Below are positions 37,356 to 49,765 of a DNA stretch of 64,000 nucleotides, piece by piece (position 1 is the stretch's first letter; every line of letters begins with the position of its first letter). Origin of the DNA: Vicugna vicugna (taxonomy: Eukaryota); NCBI GenBank assembly GCA_013265495.1, contig MU063886.1, positions 1,923,486 through 1,987,485 on the forward strand, read 5' to 3'. The position numbers and the translations under genes were made by a program. Under the pieces are notes generated by a model, which worked only from the letters and a program-made list of their open reading frames with translations, was not told where the DNA came from and ran no database searches.

Positions 37356-38418
37356 AAAGTTAAAGGGGAAGGCATTTATGATTTTATCACTAGACAGGTG
37401 AAACAGAGCAAAAATGTGTAGGCTGTGGCTTAACTGGTCATGAAATCTCTGAGGTGTGGCTGTGCCCTAAGAAACTCTGATCCAGGACTTACTTAAAAAG
37501 TAGCAAGTAAAGATGGAGGTGAAGCTTCAGACGCCTCGTGTGGACTAAGATGATGACAGTGGCATTTAAAGAGTGGAAACGTAGGGAAATCAGACCAAAA
37601 TCAGGCTCCAATTTAGGAACCCAACACCTAACTATTTCTAAAGAGGGTTTTCTTCTTTGCCTTCTTTGCCTTCCTCTGCAAATTTTCATCAAGACAAATC
37701 CTAAATGGTTTGTTCTGTGGAAGTGTCGGATTTCTGGCATTCCCCCATCAGAACTGACACCTCACTTGGCCCTGGGTCAAGGACAACAGCCCTCTTACCC
37801 CTCCACTGACCCCAGAAGCACCCCTTACACAATTCCTTAGGTGTAACGGCTAATAACCCCTCTGCCCCCACCCACACAGCTGGTAGCAGACGCCCTCTTT
37901 CACCTGATCCACCTTATCCTCTCTGCTGGCCATCTGAGCTCATTCATTATAGCCAACTCATTTTCCACCACTATCATCAGTCATCAAGAATTACCTGGTT
38001 GCTCAGTTTCTGCCTGAAGCTCCCCGTTTGACTCAGCCTACATATTCAGACATTAGGAAAAATTGTAAAAGGCGTAGAAATAAGACAAAAAAAGTTTTCT
38101 GAATTTCGTCTTTTCCATCAGACACTAAGTCCGCCCTCCGGGTTACTTGATTCTGCAAGGATCCATGCCTTTCACCTTCACTGAGCTATTTATTTTACCT
38201 CTCCACAAGTTGTGGGAAATGGACAGTAATGCGAATGGATTTTGTCTCCTGAAGATACACTTGATTATTGCCCTGTGGATAACACCAGTTTTGTATCTAT
38301 TAGAAAATTTATCTTAGTTATTTCTGGTCGCTTACATATGTATATGTTCCTTGAATTCTCCTTTGAACTGATTTTTTCCTCTTACTGGTTACTTCATTAG
38401 TTAGTTAAATAAAATCTT

Positions 38419-38751
38419 GGGGTCGGGGGAAGGGCTTCAAGCCAGCAGAATAGGACATGGAGCTCACCTTCTGCCACAAATGCATCAAAAATACATTTAC
38501 ATGTGGAACAATTCTCACAGGACACCTACTGAACTTTGGCAGAAGATCTTGTACAATTGCAACTACAAGGAAAATCTTCACAAAACCAGGTACACAAGGC
38601 CCTGCTATACAGCACAGGGAACTATATTCAGTATCTTGTAATGGCTCATAATGAAAAAGAAAATGCAAAGGAGTGTGTATGTGTATAGCTGAGTCATCAT
38701 GCTGTACACCAGAAATTAACACAACATTGTAAATCAACTAGACTTCAATAA
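38419..38751 (+). mobile_element. Bipartite short L1 derivative: L1 5'-UTR head (~38419-38591) fused to L1 3'-UTR tail (~38592-38751)
   Basis: Head GGGGAAGGGCTTCAAG...CACAAATGCATCAAAAATACATTTACATGTGGAAC...ACACCTACTGAAC resembles the recalled L1 5' terminus; the tail matches other L1 3' ends in this window; TSD AAATAAAATCTT (38407-38418) / AAATGAAATCTT (38752-38763). Confidence 0.75.
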
Positions 38752-40379
38752 AAATGAAATCTTTGATACATACTCATTTTATGCTAGTTGTGAATTTTTC
38801 CCTTTTTAAAAATGTTTTCTTTTAACACAGTGTATTAGCCTCAGACCAGTGATCAGAGGCAGGACACAAGCTGGGTATCTGAAGGGAGCCCACTTTGCTA
38901 TAAAGTGCTGAGTCATACAGTCTGGGGAACTGAACTGTACACACTAAAGTGCCAGTTTCGGCATTTTCTTAAGCCCAGGAAGCACGTAAAACTATCAAAC
39001 ATCAAGCAGCCAGGTAAGTTTCAACGACAAGCACCTCAAAAACAGCAAAAGTGGACCGAAGTCCAGAGAGCTCTTGCCCACCCTATGCTCTGTGCAAGGC
39101 CCCTAGAAGCTCTAGAAGGTCCTGAGGTCACTTTGGCGGAGATGAGGGAGGTAAGGGGACCTCAGTTCTGTCCCAGATGGAATTTCTCACCAAATTGTCA
39201 TCTGAGTCCATGGAACAGTCTTCATCTGCTCCACTGGCCCTTGGGAAGAAAATGGAGAAGACTCACGCTACTGGTGACATGTACGGATTTTGAACACGCT
39301 CCCCTGTTAAAGGGTTGGGCTCTTTTCAGTCTGACTTTAAGTTGGAAGCCCCAGCCCCACCCTGCTCTGTCCTCCTGACCACGGAGCTATACTCTGGATA
39401 GTCTTTCCATCCAGTTTTTCTTTCTCAAGAGGTAACAACAGAATCTGTTGTTCTGCCTTACGGGTGTCGATTTTAGGTGAAGCTGCTTGTTTTATTAACA
39501 GAACTCTTCACAATCTTCTGTTGACTCTGCCCACATTAACAATGAGTCACAAGCTGGGGTCCAGGGAACGCCTTTAGGGTCCATTAAAGGACAGGTCACT
39601 TGATCACGTCCTTCCTCGAAGGCGTGTGATTTGTTATTTAACCCTAAAAGAATTACAGTGTGTTCATCCATGTTGAAACTGATGGGTTTTTCTGCTACAA
39701 TTTATTCTCATTTAGTTTGCACTGATCTACCTGAAAGAGCTGTGTTCTGTATCAAAACGGATCTCTGCATTTTCTTGTCACGGAATATCCCAATGCATCA
39801 GAAGACGTGTATCAGCAGCAAGCTCACAAGGCCCCCGCAAGGAACAGCATCCATCCCTTCCCTCCACATCTACAACCCCTTTCTGTATCTCTGGTAAAAC
39901 AATCCCCTGTTGACTCTAAAGATTTCAAGGATTATTTGAATGTCAAGTTAGATATTCTTAACAGTACTTTGAGATGTAATTTACATTCACATGCAAAAAG
40001 CGTACACGTCAACGGAGACCTTCGCAGGCCTTTTTATTGTTTGAGAAACGGCTCCTAAGTGTTGCACAATGTCCCTTTTGGCTTTCTGCCTTCCCCTCAG
40101 TTGTTTGTTTAAGGGAAGTTACACGGGTTTTCATTACAGGCTCTTCAGCCTGAGTCTGGCGGGGATGCACTCATCCCACAAGGCCCCCAGGTCACTTCTC
40201 ATCAAACTCAAAGCTGAAATCCAGCACCGTCCCAGTAATAACAGGAGGAAGAGGATGGACATTTTTCTATGTCGTGTTCCATTTAATCTCTGGGCAACGT
40301 CCAGACTTTGAAGTGGCTGTCACATGCCCTGGAGGCTTAGTCAGACTCTTCGCCCATGTCACTTGAAAAATGAGCAGCA

Positions 40380-40605
40380 GCCCAGTGTGGTGAAGATCCC
40401 AGATTCTGTGGCATGGATTCAAATGCCACCCTTGCCATTTAACGGCCCTGCAATACTTACCTAACCTGTGATCCCTAACCTAAGCCTCGGCATCCTCATC
40501 TGTAAAATGGGGTAAGACTAGTATCAACCTCAGAAAATTAGATGAGTTACTGTAAGTAAAGGTCTAAATTGGGGTCTGACACCTACTTAACTCTTTAATA
40601 AAGAT
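40380..40605 (+). mobile_element. MIR SINE
   Basis: TGGATTCAAATGCCACC...CTAAGCCTCGGCATCCTCATCTGTAAAATGGGG core. Confidence 0.8.
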
Positions 40606-41145
40606 TTATAGGCTCTCATACTTACTGCTGTACTAAATAACGCCTCTTACCCTTCCATCTGAGCCGATTTTCTCTTAATAGAGACAGGCCAGCTCATTAA
40701 GGAGAAATTTTCTCATACATCTTGTCTCTAAGACATGGAAACCACTTCCCGGTTGAGTGAGAAAAGTGAATTGTGTAGCTAAGACCTGACCTGAGGGAGG
40801 TTTACACTCTTCTGTCAGTTGCTGCCGGCAGAAACTTGTTGAGTTCTATCAGCAAGGCTGTTAGAAGACAGCAAACCAGAGCCCCAAACTGACCAGTCAG
40901 ATACCAGTGTCTACAACTCACTCTCAGCGGCCGAAAACTTTTAGAAGATTCTTTTTTTTCCAGGATTGCAAATCTTGGGACTGTTTTTCTTTATTCTTTA
41001 GTCAATACTACTCCCACACCTGCCAAAAGAACCTTCCACCATCGACCCCTTCTTGCTTCAGGAACTCGGGTGTCTTCCTGATCTACCAGGCACGCCAGTT
41101 CTGAGCTCTCTGCTCGCCCACAAAGCTGTGGCTCCATCAGCCTCT

Positions 41146-41366
41146 CCACCCTCTCCAGACTCATCTCCCGTCCTCACCTCCTCCACCCCCTCCAGACTCA
41201 TCTCCCAGCCTCGCCTCCTCCATCCTCTCCAGACTCATCTCCCAGCCTCACCTCCTCCACCCCCTCCAGACTCATCTCCCAGCCTTGCCTCTTCACCCTC
41301 TCCAGACTCATCTCCCGTCCTCGCCTCTTCCACCCTCTCCAGACTCATCTCCCGTCCTCGCCTCCT
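41146..41366 (+). repeat. 37-bp minisatellite, 6 copies
   Basis: Unit CCACCCTCTCCAGACTCATCTCCCGTCCTCGCCTCCT at 41146, 41183, 41220, 41257, 41294 (36 bp) and 41330. Confidence 0.95.
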
Positions 41367-41599
41367 CTCCACCAACTTCTTTGCTCACATCTGCCTCTGG
41401 GAAGCTTTTCGTGATGTCTTCAACCCTCAGCCTGTCCCCTTCCTCTCTACCAATCGCTTTGTCCTCCATCTTCAACCCAAGTCAACACAGGCAGCTCTCC
41501 CAATAGGGACCGTGGGCTGGAGGAGGTAAAAGGAAAAGTTGCTAAAACACAGTAACAAAACTGATGTTTTTTTCCTCTTCTCACAACACTGGACAGCAA

Positions 41600-42360
41600 A
41601 TGCATGGAGGGGGGCAGTTCCCCACACCAAACCATTCTCTTCCTCTCCAGACACAAAGTGGTCATCCTACAAAATTCAACTCCGACACTAACTACCCAGC
41701 GTTAGCACAAGAGCCCACAGGTGAAGAGCTCGGTCCCCCAGGACCACTCCCACTGCAGATGGCAGTTCAAGTCCCAGGTTGCCATGTGTACTTATGACCA
41801 ACTAACTAGAAATCAGGGTTCCCATGACCCCTCTCTTAGGTTTGATAATTCATTAGACTGGTTCAGAGAACTTGGGGAAACACTTAGCTTTAAACAGATG
41901 TACAGCCAGATGGAAATGTATACAGGGTGAGGTCTGGAAGGGTCCCAAGTGCAGGAGCTTCCATCCCCAGGGAGTTGAGATGTAGCACATGGATGTGTTC
42001 ACTAACCCGGAAGCTCTCTGGACCCCATCATTCAGGGACTTTCTAGGGAGGCTTCATCTTATAGGTATGATGGATTATTACTTCAATCTCCAGCCCCTCT
42101 TCCCTAGCCTGAGGATGAGAGATGGGGCTGCAAGTTCCAAGCTTCTAATCATGACTTAGTCTTTCTGGGGACCATCCTCATCCTGAAGCCATCCCCAGAC
42201 CCACCAGGAGTTTCCTCATTGGTGGCTCCCAGGAAATTCCAAGGGACTCAGGAGCTCTGTACCAGGAACCAAGGTCAAAGGCAAAATTATTAGGACAAAA
42301 GATGCTCCTCATCACCTTATCCCTCAGGAAGCTACAGGAACTGGGGGAAGAAATCAGTTT
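41600..42360 (+). mobile_element. ERVL LTR (MER21-like)
   Basis: CAAGTCCCAGGTTGCCATGTGTACTTATGACCAAC...GGGTTCCCATGACCCCTCTCTTAGGTTTGATAATTCATTAG...GAAGGGTCCCAAGTGCAGGAGCTTCC...GGAAATTCCAAGGG. Confidence 0.8.
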
Positions 42361-42769
42361 AAAGCTCTTGCTGTATCTCAGACTGCTTCAGCCCTGAGCT
42401 GGGAAGTACGAAGATTATGGTAGCATTGTCTGCTATCATGGTGGAGAATCTCCTTTCTCTAGAAAGGTGTTCTGAGAACCAGGTGATGCTGACAAATCCA
42501 GGCATTGAGGTCAAGAATCCACCTTACAGAGGCAGAGCTATTGTCATCATCCAATAAGACACCCCCATCAGCCCCTAACTCTTCCTTCTCTGCATACACA
42601 AAGCACTTGGCTAGTTCGTTTTGTTGTACATTGTATTTTCCCCCTTCATTTGACTATGATTTCTTTCAAGAAAGAGATGACATTTTTGTTTATGTGGCTG
42701 TATTACGGAAAAGTCCATTTAGCTACATACAAGTCATGGAAAATGTGATTACAGTGGCTTATAAAAAGA

Positions 42770-43140
42770 TGTTAATTTTTCTCATTTAATAAGAAGTATG
42801 GAGGCAGGAGATCCACTAGAGTTACCTGAATATGCCCTTAGAGACCTGGGTTCTATCTTTTTCTATCACCCTTAGCATGTTGGTCTTTGTCTTCCTGCTA
42901 TAACCTCAGGGTCACAAAATGGCTGCTGTATCTCCAAGCATCATAATCAGATTCCAGGCTGAAAGGTTTTTTGTTTTGGTTTTGTTTTAAACCAGGAAAA
43001 TAGACGATTTTCCAGAAGCCTCAGCAAGAAGGTATCCATTTGTATCTCATTGTCGAGAACTCTGGATCGGGGCCATTCCTAGACCAACTGCTAACGAAGA
43101 GAAATGAGATGATCATGACTAGTCTTGAGACCCAGGACAA
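42770..43140. mobile_element. Old MaLR LTR (MLT1J/K-like)
   Basis: GGTCACAAAATGGCTGCTGTATCTCCAAGCATCA...ATCTCATTGTCGAGAACT motifs. Confidence 0.6.
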
Positions 43141-43259
43141 GGCTCCCTGGTCCTGACTCAGAACCAGTTTTGTCAAACAATTACTCTGAAATTTACCTTT
43201 GGGGACAAGAGCCTGCCCTTTCCGAGATCAAAGCTTCCTCACAGTTATGAAGCCACCAT

Positions 43260-43460
43260 ACTAGCTAATGTTTATTAAGTACTTACTAAGCGTCAGGCAT
43301 CATTCTTAAGAGGTTGCATGAATTCTCCTTTAATCCTCACAACAACCTTACGTTATTAATCCTCTTCTACAGAAGAAATGGAGGTGCAGAGAAACAAAGG
43401 AACTTTCCACAGTTACACAACTAACAAGCAACAGAGCCAAGAACAGGACCCAGAGAGACC
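43260..43460 (-). mobile_element. MIR SINE
   Basis: TTTATTAAGTACTTACTAAGCGTCAGGC...TTTAATCCTCACAACAACC...CTACAGAAGAAATGGAGG. Confidence 0.8.
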
Positions 43461-44280
43461 GACCACAGAGGTGACGTCTCCTGCTTCTGTGCCCCACTGC
43501 TGCTTCTCCCACCCCTGTGCCATCCAGAAGCAGTCAAGTTGGTTGAATGAATGAATAATTGAATCAATGAATGCCTTTTCCCAGAAGGAGCCCTAACCTG
43601 CAAGGGGCTTGCAGTGCTGTTTGAAATGACTGTCCTCATCCATCTTCTTAACGGGGTCAGACTGTTGTTACATGCATAGGATTTATGTCAATTCATTGTG
43701 CTCTGAGGGAGAACAACAAAAAAAATCCGATTTTCTCGCTGGGTTTTCTACATAATAGAAACCAAGTAAAAGAAGCCCGTAGAAGTCTGAGCTTTATCTG
43801 CAGGCTGAAATAAAACAACTGTACGCACATGGGAGTCTTGGGCCAAAAAAATGAACGAAATGCAAAGCACGCCCAGACTCCAGCTGAATCCTTGAAGATT
43901 CTAGTAGCATGTCCTGGGCCCCACTGGGAGAGGAGGGGAGAAGGGGCACAGGGTCCTCACAGATCAGAGAACTGAGGGGTAGACTCTGTCCCGGCAGGGC
44001 CAAGCTCAAAAGCCACGGGTGTAAGACGCCAGACTTCCAAGGACAGCTGAGCAATTCTGCCAAGCATCTCAGTATTTTGTCTACCCGGTACAAACATCTA
44101 GACTGAAGGAGTGATTGAACTGTTCTGGTTTCCTATCGAGATTTGGCACCACTACAGATGTAGCGACGGTCCTAAGAACTCCAGAAAGTACTCAGACTCT
44201 GCCTGGAAGTGGAGACCCCAGGACAAGCCTACGCAGCCCTAATTCAGTCTGATTAGTATTTTCAATGTGAATTTCTTTTG

Positions 44281-44453
44281 TAGGGTAGCCAGACTTAGGC
44301 AACGTTGACAGAGGATGTGCAGTCTGATTTGAATTTCAGATAAGCGATAAACGCTTAGCCTGACTATATCCCAAACACATTTGGAATGTATTTATACCAA
44401 ACGTTTATTCCTCAGTTATCTGAAATGCAGATTGATTGGGGCACTCAGCCCTA
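44281..44453. mobile_element. Palindromic hAT MITE (MER53-like)
   Basis: TAGGG...CCCTA termini; internal inverted arms GAATTTCAGATAA / TTATCTGAAATGC and ATAAACG / CGTTTAT. Confidence 0.7.
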
Positions 44454-46679
44454 ATCTCTGGGACACACAAACCCCAACACGTTTATATCACTGTGCTCTA
44501 CTCCAGCTGTCAAGGTGGGACAGACACACCTCTCCCTGTGTTCTCCGCCAAATACGAAAGAAAAGCACTCCGAGCGGCCAGCAAGGTCCAGGGCCTCTGT
44601 CCCAGCCCTGTTGGTCTGAGCGTGGACAAGGGGCTCCAGCCCCTTGCTGGTAAAGTGAAGGCTGACATTCTGGAAGTGCACGACTCTTCTTTCCCGTTTC
44701 TCTGAGCCGTGTTCGGGGCTAACCGTCGACAGCATGGCCCCGGTTAACCATCAGGCCAGCCCCAGCGCTGGCCACACCTTTGACAGGCGAGGGGCCTGAA
44801 AGGTCACGGAGCTCTCAGGGTGCAGCCCCTGTTAACAGCGATGCTATCGTTTGCCCTTTTTCCCTCTGGACCCAGAAATCCAGATGCATCCAGCAAAGAC
44901 AGCTGCACTTCCACATCAGGGCAAGTCATTTTCTACAGGAAGAAGAGATGAAGGCGACAAGGTGAGGGGCCGGTTTCCCTCTTGGAGCCCTGGGAGCCCA
45001 TCAGGCAGCCCGGCTCTGGGTGGCAAGCAGCAGCGATTTCCAAGCTGAGAGGCCAGGGAGGAGCCCCGGGGCTGGGGGTGAGACCACACAGCAGGCCCGG
45101 ACTGGAGACGCTGGAGGCATCTGCAAGGTCTCTGTCACCCCCTCCCTATCCCCTCTCACCAGCTCAGGCCTGTGCTTCTGCAGGTTCTCCCTTCCTTCCC
45201 GGCTGCTTGCAGCTGCTAGAACAAAGTGTTAGGAACATTCTCTCACCGGCTCCCCGGTTGCCAGAAACACCTAGCATCCAGAGAGCACTTCGAGTCTGCA
45301 GACTGAGATTCTGATTCTCCAGGTGGTCTCAGGGCAGTCGGGAGGTTGGCCGGTCCTCTCTCCACGTTCAAGATGCGGGAGGGGTAGAGGCAGAAAGTGG
45401 TGACGCCACAACCCCCAGCCAGCTGTTCAGAGCCCACTGCCCAGATCTCTGCCACCTCCCCACACTCGGAGACTGACGTCCACCAGGCAGGTGACCCACT
45501 CAGTAAGAAGCCAGCAAATCCAGGTAGTACACACAGCGCCTGGACACCTGGAGCACACACCAGCAGCAGAGCCAGGGGACAGTGCCCTGGAGGTGGCTGA
45601 TCAGGACGTCTGAGGAGCGGAGGGGAATGTGGGTTGATTGCTTCCACATTCAAAGTGAGAACCAGCCACAGCGAACTGTTAGGATGACACTTAACTCAGG
45701 GCAACTGCCCTTCTAAAAATCATTCATTTTTTACAGTCCAACTGGAGGCAGGAAAACACTCGATTATCCATTCATGTCCCACAATTTTTGCTGGGACAGA
45801 GGGTGTGGTCAGAGTCCCTCACTCCTGGAAGCAGAAGGCAAAACCCAGCAACAGAACCCATTTGGTGTTAAATGAAAAACGGACACTGGCATCACCCTCC
45901 TCAGACCCTCCAGTTCGAAATGTACCTCCTCTTTTAGGGAAGCAGCCACTGGAGTTGGTCAGCAGCGCGGAGAAACACCCATCCTCTGATCAGGAGGTGC
46001 TGAGAGTAGGGCTGGAGGGTCGCAGAGGGTAAGCAGGGAGAAGCTGGCTATTCTGGGAGTCAGACCGTGACAGTATTTTCAATTTTCTTTCAGGATGGGC
46101 AGAAGCCGGTCCTTGGGGTTTGAAAGTCACTGTTACACATTGTTTATTGCTCAATTATGTTTTATTAAGACTTTCGTGTTCAAAACCCAGCTGAGGATGG
46201 GAGAGCATCTTCTCTCCTGGGGACGAGAGGAACCAACCTTCACTGAGCAGCTGCTGTGTGTCAGATGTGGGGAGTCAGGCTCGCCTACTTTATATTGTTT
46301 CATCCTCACATCCTCCTGAAGGTCAAGGGTAAGGGCTGAAGGACCCAAACTGAAGCACAGTCCTTGCTCCTCTTGAGGGAAAGAGGGGATGTGGGCTTCT
46401 CCCAGCACCAGGAAAGGCAGGATAGAAACACTGCTGCATGTCCCACTTGGACCCCTGGACTGTGATCCCAGCAGAGCCGAGAAACAGGAAAGTGTGAGGG
46501 GACCAGAGGAACCAGCTTGTATGCCCAACTGTCACAGGATGAAGAGATGTGCTCTTGGCTGGGGGCCAGGATGCCTGCTGTCAACTTTAGCAAGTCACTG
46601 CTGTGAAAGCCCCTGGCCTTATCCCAGAGGGCCCATGCCCTAAAGATATTCTATCCATTTTCTTCCTTCTCCAGCTTAG

Positions 46680-47140
46680 TTTTCTGCACCCCGTTTATTC
46701 CTCCAGCCACAGTGGCCTTGTTTTCTGCTTCTGAAATACACCAAACAGGTTGTCTGGAGACAATTGGACTTCTAGTTACCTTGACCTTGAACACTCTGCC
46801 CCAGATGGTTCGTGATGGTTACCTCCAGTCCTTTACACATCAGCTCTATGACTGCCTCCTCAGTGAGCCTTCCAGAAGCAGCTATACTAAGTCAGCAAAA
46901 CACCCTCAGTCTCTCTCCATCACATCCCCCACTTTTGTCTGCAGCCTATTTCGCTGTCGGCAATTACTCTATTTTTATTGCTCACTTACTGTCTGTCCTC
47001 ACCGCTCAATCAGAACGCAGCCTCCACCAGGGCAGGCAATGGGTTTGTCTTTTTCATCACTGTGTCCTCAGCTTGCGAACAGGATAGGACACAAAAATGG
47101 TGCTCAAGAAAGTCATTAATCAACACTGAATTAACTGAAT
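46680..47140 (+). mobile_element. L2 3' end fragment
   Basis: CCTCCTCAGTGAGCCTTCC...CTCCACCAGGGCAGG...CATCACTGTGTCCTCAGC...GGTGCTCAAGAAAG...GAATTAACTGAATG. Confidence 0.75.
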
Positions 47141-48249
47141 GCAGATACCCAGCTCCCTCCCTCTTCCCCCCAAAAAGGAAGGAAACTGATTTATTTGTAA
47201 TGAAATGGAGCCGAGTAGAAATTTTTTAAGTTTTAAAATTTAATTTTTAAGCCAGGGCTGAGAAGCCCTGTTCTGAGGCACATGGAACCAACTTAAGCCT
47301 CTCTGTGAAGGAAGGACTATGGTAGAGTCTTACCCACTTGTGCAAAAGAAATGAAGTCAATTGCTCCCCATTCCTATAAAATCAGGCGTCAACACAAGCA
47401 CCCATGAGGACAGATGAATTAGGTCATCTAGCTGTCTTTCTGGGACGCAAAGAGCAGCATTTCCCCATAAGACCATGATGGTGGACAGGTAAGGGGTGAC
47501 TGGGGTTACAGGAATCAGACCTCTCTGGAAGATGGAGGGCCAACTTGGGAGGCTGGGGCCACCAATGGAATTGGGGTAAAGGAAGAAGCCAGCCCGAAAA
47601 ATAGCAACCATGGGGATTAGGAGGGACACGGGCCCCACGGACTGAAGAGCTGGTTCCTGAGGCACAAGTCCAAGTGGAAAGTAAGAGCAAGAAGGGGCAG
47701 GCATGAAGGGAGAGCTGCAGCTTGAAAACTGAAGCCAAGACCCAGATTTGTGCCATGTCCCAGATCTGCCAATGACTCCTCGCTCCCTATTCTCCAACCC
47801 CAGCCAAACAGGACCTGCTGCTCTGGGCTCTGAAGAAGCAGGTTAGTGCGGGTTAAATGCTCTTTTCTGTTTTTTATGGAGCAGGAGCCTAGAAACCATT
47901 AAAAGTGAAGAGGGCCACTGTGATCAGCAATGCCATTTTTGCTGTATAATTGCATCCTGCCCCAGACAGCACTCTAAGGCTCCCTCTGACCAAGCCCAGT
48001 CACTGTCTACCTGATTTATATCCCCACAGCCAATCCAGCACAGAAAACCCCACGAAAACATTACCCCTGGTGGGGTTATTTTTTTTTTCAGGGATTCTAT
48101 CTTTAATTTTATTCCTATTTTTGTCATAAGGGAAGCATTTGAATGTGTTAAAAAGGAAAAAGAAAGCATAGGAAATTGTCAGTGAGGAAAAGTTTTTCAG
48201 AACCCCAAAAAGACACCCCATGAGCTAAACTTGGTATTGGTCTGGATTG

Positions 48250-48740
48250 CAAGGTGCTGTGCTGCAGGAACGAATTAACCTCAAACGTCAGTGGTGCCAC
48301 CCCACAAGGATTTCTTCTGCCTTCATGCTGCACATGCAAAGCTGGCTGATGACAGCCTTGGGTCCACATACTCGCAGAGATGCAGTCAGCAGAGGCTCCG
48401 CCACCATCTTGTGATCTGAGGTCTCAATTCCTGGCTTTCAGGGCCACTGTGTCAGGGGAACAGAAAGCACAGAGGCCTCATCCCCACCCACCTGCCTTTC
48501 AGCCTCACTTTCACGTCAGCCCACTGGCCAGAATTAGTCACCTGATCCTCACTCCAGCCCACTGGCCAGAATTAGTCACCTGATCCTCACTCCCGCCCAC
48601 TGGCCAGAATTAGTCACCTGATCTTTACTCCCGCCCACTGGCCAGAATTAGTCACCTGATCTTCACTCCCACCCACTGGCCAGAATTAGTCACGTGATCC
48701 CAAGGAAACTGCAAGGAGACTGGAGGTAGCCTTTCCTAGT
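48250..48740. mobile_element. Old MaLR LTR (MLT1K/L-like) containing an internal minisatellite
   Basis: CCACCATCT, CCACTGGCCAGAATTAGTCAC and ACTGCAAGGAGACTGG motifs typical of late MLT1 LTRs. Confidence 0.65.
48520..48700 (+). repeat. 38-bp minisatellite, ~4.75 copies
   Basis: Unit CCCACTGGCCAGAATTAGTCACCTGATCCTCACTCC(A/C)G at 48520, 48558, 48596, 48634 and 48672 (partial). Confidence 0.95.
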
Positions 48741-48989
48741 ACTCAACAAAAGGAAAATAAAAAGCGAACACAGTACTGTCCCTGCTCCAAGATCAGGCTG
48801 CTATGAAATGTGAGAGACTTTAGTCTAGAACTGCTCTTGAAGTTGTGCATAAGATTCGTCAAATCTGTTTCACCCGCCTTCACTCAAGGTCATTTTAAAA
48901 CTTGCATGTCCTCCAAGCAGCACGCAGCATCAACAGTAAGAGGTTCACCTGAGTCCTCTTCTAGGCACTTGAAGTCAGCTGCATCTAGT

Positions 48990-49180
48990 CTGAGCTGAGC
49001 TGGTTAAGACTGGATAGGACCGTCCACCCTCCCCAGTGACCTCTTGCCGTGGGAGGGCTGTCTCCACCCCCAGCACATGCAGGCGTTCTAGCCTTATCAC
49101 AGCTGCTCAGAAGGATGATTACAGCACCTTTTCCCAATCATGGCACCCCACACCCCTCAGGAGCCCTGACTCTGCTCACC
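48990..49180 (+). mobile_element. ERVL-class LTR 5' fragment (MER54/MER73-like)
   Basis: CTGAGCTGGTTAAGACTGGA is identical to the reverse complement of sequence at ~51.69-51.71 kb; further ~70% similarity downstream by eye. Confidence 0.6.
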
Positions 49181-49599
49181 TGGCTAGTTCTCTAGCTCAC
49201 CAGGAGAATGCAAGTAATACCAACATTTCCCTGCCTACAGATGCTGGTCCTCATACTAATAATGCCAGAAGGATACAGAGGGTTTGGAGCAAGATCTTCA
49301 TTGCTCTGTAGTTAATGTGCCCACATCCACCAGGGGACATTCTCGCTCATGGGCATACAGCAAAAAATGCCAAGAGATCACAGGAACAAAATTAGTGAAA
49401 AGACCCTATCCAGAACAAATGTCGCTGAACTGGGAGCAAAAGTCACAATTACAACTCACTCCCCTATCCCTTCCAGATGGTGCCCATCACAGACCATGGA
49501 GAATGGTTGTTAAGAGGAAAGGAGTGAGTGGACGAACTGGGATGAAATTATAAGAACACCACCATGAATAGATTAAAAACACACACACACATTTCTTCT

Positions 49600-49765
49600 A
49601 TACAGTACAGAGAACTACATTCAATACCTTGTAATAACCTTTAATAAGAAAGAATATGAAAACGAATATACGTGTGTGTATGCATGACTGGGACATTGTG
49701 CTGTACACCAGAAGCTGACACACTGTAACTGACTGGACTTCAATAAAAATAAATAAGTAAAAATG
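49600..49765 (+). mobile_element. 5'-truncated L1 3' end (camelid-type subfamily)
   Basis: TACAGTACAGAGAACTACATTCAATACCTTG...GACTGGGACATTGTGCTGTACACCAGAAG...ACTTCAATAAAAAT. Confidence 0.85.

Noticed and set aside
38974-39013. 40-nt plus-strand candidate exon ending CAG|GTAAGT
   Set aside because: AAG acceptor and no recognisable peptide; likely chance.
41053-41529. 158-aa Ser/Pro-rich ORF
   Set aside because: Read-through of a 37-bp repeat whose period does not preserve the frame.
48520-48700. CRISPR-like appearance of the 37/38-bp repeats (also 41146-41366)
   Set aside because: Head-to-tail units with no unique spacers, in a mammalian context with no cas genes.
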